Shown piece after piece: positions 37,157 through 50,500 of a stretch of 64,000 nt of DNA. Numbering within the stretch: position 1 is the stretch's first letter; each line of letters starts with the position of its first letter. This DNA is from Schmidtea nova (lineage: Eukaryota), in the NCBI GenBank assembly GCA_044892505.1, contig CM097882.1, positions 425,816,001 to 425,880,000 of the forward strand. Reading direction: 5' to 3'. Below the pieces are notes generated by a model. That model was given only the letters and a program-made list of their open reading frames with translations. It ran no database searches and had not been told where the DNA came from. The position numbers and the translations under genes were made by a program.

Positions 37157-40100
37157 CAGTAAAACTCCGCTTAACGCTGTTTCGTTTAGCTCCGTTTTGG
37201 TTTAGCGTTCTTTTATTTCAACCCGGGTATTCCGCGAAATTGCTCGCAGAACTACGGGGATTCCACACAAAACAGTACAGTCGTGTGTCTTGTTTGGTGC
37301 GGTGTTGTTTGACGCATTTTTATTATTTGAAACATTTGTTGAAATTATTGTAGTGGTGGGTTGTTGATCGTCAATATGGCCTTGACGTTACTATGGCTCT
37401 CATCAACAACTCAACACATAAAACATTGAAATTACCATCTTGTTACCCGTCACTATGTAACGTTGGTACTGTAACAAGTGGGTGGGTATTCGCAATCAGT
37501 GAGCGTCGTCAATACGAAACTATGATTGACCGAATATCTCCTGGGTCCAAGGGCTACCGATGGAAGGTTTCATGCCCATTTTGTCCCTTCTTACATGATT
37601 TAACTGTATATATCTATTTTAAATTGGCAAAATTAAATAATCTTATCTATTAATTAGTCCCAATTAATCATTATGCACAGTATTATCCAAATATACAAGA
37701 GTTTTCGCGCATTCATTTTATTCACAAGCTCATGCTCAACATAACATCACAATCTCAATTCGGTAATCAATTATTCCTTCAGAAAATGCATATATTTGGA
37801 AATATACAAATTACCCTTATCTAGACCCAAATTTTTATTATTCTCGCGCTTTTCTTAAATTATTATGGTTTTTATATTTAAAATTCATGTAAACTCTATT
37901 TATATCTTAATCCTATTGTCTATCTTGCTTTAAATTTATAATATAATTTTATTAATATTTTAGCGATTTATACTTTAAATTTTTACCGCGGCCGTGACAA
38001 CGGGTTTGATGCATTAAAACATTTCCATTTATAATTAATAGTCACATTGTTAAATATGGATTACATTAGGAATTTTATTTGGTAAATCCCCCTTTTATTC
38101 TGTTCCAGGCAAATTTCACTTAGATTTTTGATCGAAAAGGTTGAAATCTACATGATCAAATTTTTCCATGCAAAAAAAAATTTTGTTATAATGCATCAAT
38201 TGATTTTACTTTCATTGACATATTTTCAAAGTTTCGTCAGCCAAATTCCCTAATTTTTCAGGTAAAATTCTTTTACTAATTTTAGCTTAAAATGATTCTC
38301 CTTATAGTATCATTTAATTCAAAACAAAAGCTATTCAATCTGGCACAATTGTTGGAATCCCTATTCAAATGCCTCGGCCACTCTGTGAGAATATTTTGAA
38401 TATTCTCGTAATGAACCCATCCACTCAGTTTTCCGTGGACAAGTTTATAGATTTAAGAACTTTCGATATTGTTATTTCCATTTTATGTGATGTTCAATAA
38501 AAATTTTCCTGGTTTGATTTTAATTAGTTTATTGATTTTGTTTTGGGGTAAAATCTTTTTGTTTCGTAATTTATGATTTCATTCACATTTTATTGATCTT
38601 AAGCATGAAATCCTATTTAAAAATAAAAAATTTTAGTTTTTGTAAAAATATATATATTTGGTTTTTCAAAAAAAAAATTTCTAGTTTTATTGATGATTTT
38701 ATGTAATGGATTAGTGCAAATTAAAGCGTGGAAATGATGGAGTACGAATCTCTTACTGGATCATGCAGTATAAATCAGCAATGATCTCCACCAATGCTCT
38801 AGATTCCACTCAGAATTTTTTAATTTATTATGCTGTAAGTAAAAGTGAAATGGGATAATTCGTATAGATGTAGTTTGCAGATCCCACTATTTAAATTAGA
38901 TTAGGGGGTTACGATGTCTGAAGGTACTAGTTTATGTTTACCCTTAAGTTCGTGGTTTTGTTATGAATCTCCTCCATAGGGCTTGTGTGTATAAGATGGA
39001 AATGATACTACAATATATCGAGGTAGATATCCTATTGCTGGTGAATGTATGAGCTTGCATTGTCGTTGTAGTTGGATGAGAAGAGATATAATGACTGTGT
39101 GTTCTATTGTTACTGTTGTGTTTTTGTGTGATTTGTGGATAGGTGATTTTAAACAATTGAGTGCTTGTGAGTGTGGTCAGATGTACGATTCTAACTAGCA
39201 TGTCTGTGTGGATTTTTTAGTATGATTTGCTGGTGTGTATATGATTGTTGAATGTTATTGAATGATACGGTGTAGGTGTGTCTATTGTATTCTATATGTA
39301 TGTTGCTTGTGTATTAGTATGGATGATGCTATTGACTGAAAAGGGTGTAATTTTTTGAAATTATGGATGTATCATTATTTTTAAGATATCGTGGGGGTAG
39401 TTATATTATAAATTATATAAAATAATTTTAAAATTAAAATAATAATAATAATTTTTAAATCAAAATAATAATAATAATTTTTACAATACTTTTATGGATT
39501 CCTAATTTATAATTTTATGAGAAATTAACTAATGCTAAAATTTATAATTTTTATAAGATAGGTTTTTGAATATAACTTTTTATATTTTAGAATATATATA
39601 TTAATCATAAAATTTTCTATAAAATTTCGAATTCAGATTTTTATAAAATGATAAAAAAATTTTAATATAATAATAAAATTTCGATCTATAATTTTTAAGG
39701 GGTTTAATATAGCTTTTGACTTGCAAATTCTCTGGAATTTTATGAAATGATAAAATCTTTTATATAATAACAATATTAGGAAAATTTTGGTTTACAATTT
39801 TTTCATTTCAAAACTTTTGCAGTACAATAAAAAGCAAATTTTTATTCTTGATCAAAAATGAAATAATAGTAAATTTTTATCCATAAATTTCGAAATCCAA
39901 GTAAGCATTCAACCTAAAAAGTTTTATACACTGAATAAAAATATAAATCATAAATTATAAATTCTTCAAAGAATATTTTTCGATATCGAGCAAAATGAAT
40001 TTCGGTTTTGTTGAGCATGAATTTCCCAATCAAAGTGCGCGCGAATTTTTCGGGACGCTTCACTTAGGAATTTCAGGCTCTCGAAAACGAGATTCACAAG

Positions 40101-43100
40101 GAAAAACCTATTTAGACAATAATGAGTTTAATTCAGATCAAATCAATACTTGTTTCACTATTCGTTTCATTTCGTGAGCATTATTCTAGCTTTGAGCATT
40201 ATTTCGAACAATTTTCTCTTCATCATTAGCATCCAATTTTCTTGCGTTTTCTCATAAGATAATCGTCGTTGAGAGCGTGAAGGCGAAGGTGAGTACGAGT
40301 CGATTTTTTAATCAGTAATATTTCCTATTTTAGATTTCAAGACATGAGTTAGAAAATTTTTATGTTGTATTACGAAATTGCTTATGTAGATAATAAAAAT
40401 ATGCTACTCTATTATAATAAAAATCATTAGTATAACAAATCCTTGCTCTTAGCCATACCACGATTCCCCAGTTGGGATGACGTGATTATGGATGTATGAG
40501 CCTCACCTTAAAGTGGAAATATGGGCTGGCCGATTACCAATCAGACAACGATCCACCCAGGCTACTAACAGATCCGCACAACGCAATGCAGGACGGATCG
40601 TCAGAAGATATGGGAGAAAAAATTTTTTTTATTTATTTTCATAATTTTATTTAGTTTACCAATTTTAATGAGATTTTTCCTGAATTGTTTTGGGAATTTG
40701 TGGCTCGTGATAATGATAATAACAAAAAAAACTAAGCTACAAATCATTAAAATACTTTAATAATATAAAATTTACCATAATTAATAAAATAACAAATAAC
40801 ATATTAAATAAAGGAGAGGAATGGGATGATCGTCAGGCATGATGGACGACCATTCCAATCCCCAATGAGAATAACCAAAATCAAACAAATCCTTACGTTT
40901 GTCCAATAAACCTCTGCTGCGATTTCTTTCCAACGAAATATTATTTTCTCAGAAATTTGGAACGATTTTTCCACAAATTTTCTGGAAGTCAACTTTTGAT
41001 ATTAACTTTTCTTCTTGGAATCAAATTCTCAAATTGAATTTCACAAAAAATATTTTTCGCAATTTCTCCGCAAATTAACCAGAAATATTCTTCACAAATT
41101 CTCTTCAATTAAGTTGTCGTCTGGAGTAAGATTAGAAATTTTTAAATCGGATTTTTTCACGAAATCTCAAATTTTTCTACAAATTCTGTTGGAATAAATA
41201 AAAAAAAATTTTCGATAAAATTCTCACAAATTCTGAATTCTGCCATTTTGATGGCGGTATATATACCATCAATTTTTCGCTATCTTCAGTAGTGCAATAA
41301 AACAAATTGTTCTAGAATTTTCTCTTAATTTTTTCTAAATTAATTCTAATGATTTTCCGAAAATTAATTCCATATTTTTGTATAATAATTTTTTATAAAC
41401 CATAAATAATTTATTTTAATTCAAAATTTTTATATTTGAATCGAAATTTGTTCGTTTTGATTTAATTTATGATATTCCGATCCATATTAATTCTTTCTAT
41501 TGTTAAATGTGAAATTCTGTGACAAAATCACAATTTTCTTCTAAAATTTTTATTAATTTTTCTGTACTAAAGGTTTATGAAAAAATTCTGTTCTTTATAG
41601 GCATTTTCAATGGGTTTTCCGCCTATTCTAACTTCCAAACGTTCTGCTTTTAATTTTTCTCGAGATTTCAGTGAAAAGACTTACAAATTCGCAGTTAGCG
41701 CGTACTCTACCGGTTGATGTGTTTTGATTCCACTTCACCTTTTGGTGTTTTCCACTTAATTGTTGGATTTTTAATGGAAGCTAAGGTTAAAAATGAAATC
41801 TTGCGCGTTCTCTACCTATGGGGTTATCGCTTTATTAAAACAAATTGCGTTTTTGCCCAACAGTAGGTATAAATTTATATAATAATAATTTAACGATTAA
41901 TAGTGACAAATATTATGATCTTTCGTTTTTATCATGGGTGATAATGAAAAACAAGAAAATAAAGCAACCAGAAAAAGCATTTCACTGGAAGCTAAAATGA
42001 AAGTGATTAGAAGATTAGATTCTGGTGAACGTCAATCTCAAATTAGTGCTGCATTGAATTTGGGAACTTCAACAATAAGGACAATTTTTAAGAATAAAGA
42101 AAAATTACTGTCATCGACAACTGCAACTTTGTCAAGCTCTGCAACTAGAATTATCCGATCTAGAAATAACAGTATAGAGGAAATGGAAAAACAACTGTCT
42201 ATATGGATTGACGATGAAATTGAATGCAATATGCCATAAAGCCAATCTATCATAATGGAAAAAGCTAGAAGAAATTAAAAAACTTGAATAAAGAGTACTA
42301 CTATTATTTGATAATGCTCCAAGCCACCCAAGAAATTTATCAGACTTAACAACATGCATTCCAGTCGAAGTGATTTTCTTGCCATCTAACACAACTGCAT
42401 TAATCCAACCAATAGACCAAGGCGTTATATCCAATTTTAAAGTTTATTATTTGAAGCGATGTTTAAGTAGATGTTTGAAAAAACAGACGGAGAAGAGAAG
42501 CAATCAATAAGAGGATTTTGGAAAAACTACAATATCATGAATGCTGTAGCAAATATAAACCTTTCTTGGAATGAAATAACAGAAAGATCTTTGAAAGGAG
42601 TATGGAAGAACATTTGGTAAGAGCAAAGACATTGGACACTCTGTCGATATGAATGAAATAGTGTAAGAAATAGTTGAATTAGCGAAACAAACCGGTTTAG
42701 ATGAGGTAAATGTGGAAGACGTCGAAGGAATAGTTCAAGAAACAGCAGCTAGTTTTTCTAATGATGAGCTCAAGGAATTAACTGCACAAGAAGAAAACAA
42801 AAATATTGATAGTAGTGATTTCGAAGAAGATTAAAAAGAACTCTCAATGGCGTTTGTAAAAATTAGTTTGACCACTATAACTGAAATTATGGACCAATTT
42901 GTTGAAAATGATCCAAATTTTGACAAGAGTTCAAAAGCAAGACAGGGTGTTATAGATGCTTTATCCACTTATCAACAACTTCTAACAGAACGCAAAAGGA
43001 AAACGCAAACTATATTAGATGCCTTCTTGACAAAAACGCAAAAAGTTGGAAACACAGAATAGACTTAATGATCTGACTGACTAATAATTTAATTGTTTTT

Positions 43101-43324
43101 ATAATATATTCGTTTATATTGTTATTTATTCTTGTGTTAAATAAATGTTTGGTTTTATTTTTATAAAAAACAATCATAATTTTTAAATTTAATACCTAAC
43201 GAATTTTCTATCCCACTTCCTCAAACCCCATTATTTACATGTTAAGATAGCCTTGTTTAGCGCTGTTTCGCATTACGCTCTGCTTTGATGGAACGTATCC
43301 ACCGCGTTAAACGGGGTCTTACTG
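37157..43324 (+). mobile_element. Tigger (pogo) element expanded to 6.17 kb by ~4.5 kb of internal sequence
   Basis: Ends TA|CAGTAAAACTCCGCTTAACGC and its near-inverse GCGTTAAACGGGGTCTTACTG|TA; the outer flanks rejoin into one LTR; transposase remnant at 41934-43062. Confidence 0.65.
41934..43062 (+). pseudogene. Tigger/TIGD-like transposase, internally deleted, with stops
   Basis: RKSISLEAKMKVI..STIRTIFKNKEK (HTH), LLLFDNAPSHP, FLPSNTTALIQPIDQG; the middle region is missing. Confidence 0.88.
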
Positions 43325-44042
43325 TACGTTGGTAATACACATGACAGATGAATGTGAATCGGCAGGTGAACTCCTTTACAAGAACTACTCCCGATCCTAC
43401 CATTCTCGCGTTTTCCTTAAGACCGATAGAAGGTCACACTATCTTTCCTTTTTTCACCTTTTTCGTTTGGTTTCTCATTTAGGGTTTTTCTCCTTAGTGT
43501 ACTGGTTTTTAATGATTGATCAAATTTTAATCCGTCGGAAACAACCTTATCAGTACGCTTTTAAATCTTTTAATATAAAGCAAAACAAAACAATTTACAA
43601 AAAACAAATTTAATACATATAATTAAACAATTTTGATAACAATTACAAAACTCAGCCTATTTGATTATCACATATTTGTCAAGAAAGTTTGTCGGACATT
43701 TGTTCATTCCGGTTCCTTAGCGTTTCTTCATTTTCCGTTGTCATTGCATGTGTGGGTGACGACGTTTTCTCGCGGTTTTGTTTGACTTTTCCGTCGTATC
43801 GTTATTTATTTCAATTTGAATATTTATCGGATACCATTCCGCTAAAGTCATCGGCTGGATTAGGTCTTTCAGGTTATCGGCAACGAAAGGCTGGGTAATG
43901 AACTTTCAGAAATTTCTCATTTCTATTTTTTAGGCTTCTTGTTCGATTGTTATATCTTCGATGATTCGGTTAGCCCTTAGCAACTTATCTTTCACCTCTT
44001 TCTTTTCAGCTGGTGTAAAGTATGTGCTTTCTAGCCCTAGAA

Positions 44043-44825
44043 CATGGGTCTCAAACTCAAACTAGCCTGCAGGCCGCATTAGACTATTATCATGAGCCGG
44101 TAGGCCGCAGCATAAATTTTTATGAAAATAAATACTCAAGAATGTATCATAATTGCAATTTATTAGAAAGAGGAAAAAACATTATTATGAACATAAAAAT
44201 GTAACACAAATTTATTTAAATAAAGACAAACAAAGTGTCAAATATATTATTTTTATTTCTGGCTACTTAGTTGGCAACGTTTAGCAGCCACAAGAGCATC
44301 GAAAATTAGGAACAATCTTTTCAGATGTGGCCAGTCTTAGTGTTGCTTGTAAATGTTCGTCACTTAACTTTGTTCTTGTTGAAGATTTGTTGAATTTCAT
44401 CAATAAGAAAAAATGTTCACAAAGATAGGTGTTTCTAAATATTGCAATTATTTTTACTGTCTGAGAATGCAAACTTGGAAATCTTTCTTTTTATTGAATA
44501 ATTCGTTAAAATTTACCACAATGATCAAATTCTTTTATTATAACGTTTGATTATGTTTTGTTTGAGTCAAAATTTTAAACAAAAAATATTATAATTTTCT
44601 TAAATAAGCATTTTTTTAGTAATAATAATAAGTTTTAATAAGAATAATAAAAAGTTTTTCTTTAATAAGCATTAATAAAAATATTGAAGCCATGCTTTTA
44701 ATTTAAAAAAAATCAATTTAAAAACTTAGGCAGTTCTTGTTATTTAATTAATTTGAATTTGAAATTATAAACTTATTTTGGTAATTTATGAAAAAGTCTT
44801 CGCAGGCGCGTGTTTGAGGCGCCTG
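44043..44825 (-). mobile_element. Non-autonomous hAT (Charlie/SPIN, GTF2IRD2-like), 783 bp
   Basis: TIR CATGGGTCTCAAAC / CAGGCGCCTCAAAC; TSD CCCTAGAA/CTCTAGAA (7/8); dimerisation-domain remnant TYLCEHFF.LMK.NKS.TRTKLSDEHL. Confidence 0.88.
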
Positions 44826-47155
44826 CTCTAGAATATGACGTTTCAATTTTCTCATCATCTCCTGGGTGGATCAATGATTTACTGCTATGGTGACATTAGA
44901 TTCATTGCTACTCACTGTAATCATTGAATTTGACAACTCTCTAAATATTGAATTATTCAATATTTTAATATTACATCCCTAGTTATTTGTCTCGATCGGC
45001 TATCACGCGTGTTTGCATGTAAATTTGACTACAGAGCTATTTTTCATTATTCCCTCCTTAGCTATAGAAAATCTACTCTGCAACATTTTTATATCTCTAT
45101 CACCGATTTTAGGGTAATTACTTTATCCATTTAGATATATTAGTATTTAATCTGTTAAGTTACAAACGTTACTTGGTTATCGCTTTCTATACACCTCACT
45201 CACCGTCATTCTTATAATGAACCCCTTGTTGCCTTAATTGGGAAGTTTAAGTTCTTATTTTTTTATTAATTTGTATATCGTTTACGATTAATACACAAAA
45301 AAACAACAAATTTCACTGAACACGAAAATTAATATTTAAATAAACAGATAATTTGGAGATTCGGAACGCTGATCCTTGATTAATTCGGCTCGGAGGGGCT
45401 GAAGGGAGAGTCAGTTGGTTGGTCTAATGGAGCGGGGCTAAATACGAATAGGCCTATTTTTAAGAACTCTTCTGAAGGGATTGTTTAGTAATATTTGATA
45501 ATTGAGCGTCCTGAAATCTCACTTGGAGATTCAACTGAATTCTTGGAGCAGTCCTCTGAGTAACAATATTTTAAATCGATTGGCAACTCTTGGCCAAATG
45601 ATTTCACCAGGGCTGTCCTCGAATAGGCTGAATTGAGACATTTCCCCTGTTTGTGAAAAGGTTTGTTGGTGTTCCGCCAGGATCTCCCTTGCAAAATCAG
45701 TGGGTATTTGTTTCAGTAGCATCGCCACTACAAGGTGATTATCATATAGGTTCTGATTTACGATTGAATCTCGGGTAAAACATTGTCTCCATCCCATCGC
45801 TCCTCCGAGGTTGATATAATTGTAACTGAACATGGCTTCAATTTTCTATTAATAATGAATGTTATAAAGTTAATTATTTATTATAAAAACTTCTTTTATT
45901 TTAAAACAGGAGTAGTGAATTTTACTCTGTCCTTTATCCAACTAAGCTTACCCTGGATTTATGTTTCTTACACCAATAATTTGTCCATTTGAATTTTATA
46001 GATTTAATTTTCCACTCATTATAATAGATATGTTAATAGTTAATAAATTTATTCATATTAGGGACGAATTCTGAAATTTAATTAGAAATCTCATTTTACT
46101 AAATGCCTCCCACAAGAAATTATTCAAGATAATTACTCAATTTACATTTTTAGCTAAACGGCGTTTCCCCAATTACTGCTGTTGACAATTCTCTTTATAC
46201 TCCCCTTCATTACGAAAATGCACTAATGGCTTAAAGTTTGTTCACTGTCACCCGGTTTCCTGCCTAGAAATTTTAACTCTAGAGTCTTACGTCGTAATCT
46301 CAGGAATCGATTCTGGTGGCATTAAGTGGTTTTAGAGTGACTTCGCTACCCTTCGCTACCCATCACTTCCTGTTGTTGCTCGACACTTATGTTTACCTAT
46401 TGGATTTATCTACAGCCGCGCCAGTTATTATGCTGTCGGGTAATCGCTCATGATGCCGCCTAACTAGTTTGGTTTTCACCTACTCACGATCGCTACACAA
46501 TTAATTTATAGGATTCGTGAACTGAGTTAGAAATATAATTTACACTGGAGTTCTATTTCTTTCTCTGTCTGTCACTCAATAGAAATTTGGAGTTACTTGG
46601 AATATTCTCTCGTCATAGTGTGTTAGTCGCCATTCGTTTTACGGATGGTTTTGTTGGAATTTTTTTTTATTCCTTTATTCATCTAAAAATAAAAATATTC
46701 ATATACATTATCCTACTAATCGCCCCTTTAAAAATTAGGTCTACATGGGGTCTATACTATCATGATCGCTCTTTTCCTGGGCTTAACGGGTGAACTTAAC
46801 AGACTTTCCTAATGAATTACTGGAGAAAATCGGAATACTACCCTAGTGTAGTAATCAAACTAACCGTGCTCTACGTCGGCATCCCTACAATCTGAAGTTG
46901 CTACCCCATAAACTATTATTGATTTTAAATTTCACCCATTCACTTTAAATACTAAAACAATTATCAATTTTAACAAACAATTCCATAGCAACAATCATCG
47001 ACTATTTCATTAACACCAAACAAATTCATAAAACGAAAGTTTGCTAACAAAGATTAAATATTCAGAAACTAAAACAAATCACATTGTCAGATTGATTCAC
47101 CTGGATCAGCCCGGACAGTGCTCGATGTACTTCAGCTGTAGTTGTAGATCAGCTC

Positions 47156-47770
47156 TTACGAGAACTTTGCTCCTTCCTTCATAATCTCATCAGTGCCGTA
47201 GATGGCTAGGTTGGGTCTCCGGCATAAATGTGCTTTATAGAGAAAAGTTTCTTGGATTCGAATCTGTGACGCCCAATCCGACATTCCTTGCCATTCCTCG
47301 TGAAATTCAAATGGGAGATTAGAATATCCTCGAACGTCTCCAGTCTTGATGTGTCGCGGCTGGTCTAGCATAATGAAGCTGAGAGCCTTCAAGTTCTGGA
47401 TATTAATATCACTAAAATATAATAACCATCTTGGCACATTTAATTCGTCCCGTAATACACAGAACCATTGGTTGACATCTGGGTCTTGAGGTTCCATCCC
47501 GGTGGAATGCCATTGAGACCCGCCTTTCCACTATACTTCCTCATTAGCCTTCTTTCATATCCCGAAGGGAGCTGGTTGAAGAAGTTCCTGTCGCCACCTT
47601 CGCATGTGGTGATCGAGTTTATTACTGAAGCCTTGCGGAATATCTTTAAGGAGCCAGACGGCCGGTCCGGCGACCTTTCAATTTCGATACTATCGGATCT
47701 TTGTCGAGTTGGGTTGTTGTTTTCGATGTTCCATAATGTTCCTCAAATTCTGACTGCTACACTTTAACCT
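47156..47770 (-). pseudogene. Unrecognised accessory coding region of LTR element B
   Basis: LKDIP..WRQEL..PFGI*KKANEEV*WKGG..WFCVLRDELNVPRWLLY..RH; homologous to 5696-6073. Confidence 0.65.
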
Positions 47771-47873
47771 AATTAGAAAAACATAATAAAAACCAAATAA
47801 AAACATGCAGAATTTAAATTGAGAATCAACAAAAAACGCACTGGCACAAATTCGAAAAGCAATACAATTCAAG

Positions 47874-48620
47874 ATGGAATTCGAACAAAAGATGAAAAAT
47901 GCAGCACCAAAATATTTTCTTTGCAATAAAATTTTGTTATCAATGATTATTTGTTCAGTCACGATAATTGATGTCAGAAACTACAATGTTATGCCTTCAC
48001 AGACAATTTCAATAGGGAATAGTTTACCCTTAATAATGGCACAATTCACAGTTTTGTTGCCTCTTGGATCCATTTCATATTCTACATCCCATCAACAGTT
48101 AATAACTCAACCTAGCCTAACGAATTTTCAATATATTCACGATCCTATTCTCAGTTCAGTAGCTCACAAACATAATATACTCAATCAGATTCATCCACAG
48201 CCGCAACAAGTCGTTTACAGCAGCATTATTCACAAAACTGGAGTGTCCTTAACTTAACATCATACCATTCAACCACAATTTACTCTAATTTCATCAGACA
48301 ATCAGAATCATTCGCAATTATTATCAGCTCAATGTCCCGTTGGCAGTAATAACACTTCAGCCCTTATCATAAACCTAGTTGCTGTGGCACATCCCAATCA
48401 TAGTCAGAATCAACAATACACAATTAGTCGACAACCTCTCGTAGGAATGTCGATATTCTCTGCTGCTTCTCCGTGCTCATTGCTATCAGCCTCTCCGACA
48501 ACTGCCAAAATTATGCACTCATTACAACAACAACATCAAATTTTTCAACCGAACGACAATAGGTTCATCAATCCAAATGATATGGCAATAAGTATCATTT
48601 ATTATATTTCTATAAATAAA
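47874..48620 (+). pseudogene. Gln/Ser/Pro/His-rich reading frame (~250 codons) with one internal TAA
   Basis: ORF-track entries 47874 and 48384 share one frame and are joined by 42 open codons after TAA 48255-48257; product not recognised. Confidence 0.45.
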
Positions 48621-49149
48621 ANNNNNNNNNNNNNNNNNNNNNNNNNNNNNNNNNNNNNNNNNNNNNNNNNNNNNNNNNNNNNNNNNNNNNNNNNNNNNNN
48701 NNNNNNNNNNNNNNNNNNNNNNNNNNNNNNNNNNNNNNNNNNNNNNNNNNNTTCATAAATATTATATTACTTAAAATTAACCTTTCTGAATTCTCTATCC
48801 CGCCTCTCTTCCACCCTTTAACTACAAACAGCGTCCATAATCCTAACCAAAATCAGACGCGCGATAATGATTTTTCCTCAAAACCACACCGATACTTCCA
48901 GCTCAAATCCTCACGTGTTTCGATAACAGAATTTGGGAAATCACCGATACCTCCGATCTACACACCGATATTGCCACATCGCTTCGCACTGACAAGACCT
49001 CATTCCACGTGTCGTGCAATGGTTCTTTAGTCTCCTCTTCTACCCACCTGCAGTCTAATTATATCTTGGACATCAACTGTCGCATCCTAGGAGGCGGTAG
49101 AATCACAACAGAGCCATCTTCCTCATCCTGATTCCGCTCCACACTGTTT

Positions 49150-50500
49150 TTTCTGAACCCGGGCAGTACACCTTCTTCGTGGTTTCGGATCTTTGAAGCG
49201 TGTACGTCTTCCTCTCCAAAGTCACGAGCAAATTACCTCCTCGACAGTTTACCTGCCGAATTGTTGGCTGAACTAGTACCAAAAATTGCTGATGCTCTTG
49301 ACGTAGAAAATCAAAACGAAAGCCTAAAAAATCTAATTACGACCAAATACATTTCTTCACAGACCCAAGCTCTGAAAAAAACAATTTGCGCCACAGATTT
49401 ACTCAGACCAACAACCTAGTCTCTTTTGGGAGCGATAGTTCGTTCAAACGATGCGGCATTACTTGGTCTTTCTAAAAACGCACCTGTATTGACCCACCAA
49501 TTCCTTTCTGCACTCCACTACCATCAACAAACTTCGCTGGAATTGGTTGACTCTGAAAATCCATATCACCTTGCGAAGATCGCTGACCGCATTCACGCAC
49601 TGCAACCACATAAACACCACGCAGATATTTACGCAGAACCTCCACTAACCCCCACCGTTAACGCAGCGCATACACCTCACCACCCTTTCCCTCGAACTGT
49701 TGAAAGATATCCCTACGACACTTCTCCATCATATGATACACATCATCCAAATCCCGTACCAACAACACGCTCATAAAACATGCAATCCAATAACTGCGCC
49801 ACACTAATCTGCTTTTATCATTACAGATTTAGACATCATGTACAAAAATGCTGCATCGATTGTCTGCATCAAAGTCCAACCATTCCAGTTCGTATTCATC
49901 ATCATCTCTTCAAGAAGGATGCCAGATCGTGTCTTGACAGATGCACATGGCGCACAAGCGACAACCTTCTACCAAAAAACTAGTCAAGTCATCAGATATT
50001 CCTGGACTCTCCAATGACTCCCCGCCAATGAATTCCCTTTTTCACATCCAACCATGTCCTACACACACACGATTAACTCCGTCAGCTAGCACCATCTCAG
50101 AAACAACCGCTACTCTCTCAACAGTACTATTTTCTCACACAACACCACCACCAATACCAATACAAGCACCAACACCAGAACAAGAACTAACCAGCTCACC
50201 TCGCACAACACTTGCAACAACACCAACAAAACATCACCCATCACACCGCAGACAGCACCATCCGTATCACTACCAGCTGCAGCATCCACAATACCATCAA
50301 AAACACCACTAACAATACCACAATCACCGCTAACCTTTTCCGACGACGAAACCCGCACAGACTACACACACATTCTACCACAGCCGCCACAAACCGCATC
50401 CCCGTCATCGCTCTCACCAGCACTTATCGTCATCATGGACACACACTCGTCTTATTCAATAATACCTACCAACTTCATCGCATACACATCTTGCTCATCT
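49150..50500 (+). pseudogene. Degraded Gypsy gag (and possible protease start)
   Basis: PSSWFRIFEA; CFYHYRF..HVQKCC zinc-knuckle variant; IMDTHSSYSIIP resembles a DTG protease motif; C/A-rich composition distinct from the pol downstream. Confidence 0.55.

Larger units (their letters stand above)
37040..43441 (-). mobile_element. 3' LTR of element B, split by the Tigger insertion (43441-43325 plus 37156-~37040)
   Basis: Purine tract AAAAAGGTGAAAAAGGAAAGA then TAGTGTGACC; the rejoined sequence shares GAGYTCACCTGC, TACCARCGTA, TAYGGGTACA and CCCTAGAA with LTR A in the same order. The 3' end is approximate. Confidence 0.6.

Noticed and set aside
38944-39201. Thr/His-rich 85-aa ORF
   Set aside because: Explained by CA-rich strand bias; no domain.
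47468-47767. Plus-strand 99-aa ORF as the reason the TGA/TAG (TCA/CTA antisense) are conserved
   Set aside because: The equivalent antisense frame in copy A is closed by a stop and shows little similarity beyond the L and SY forced by the stops.
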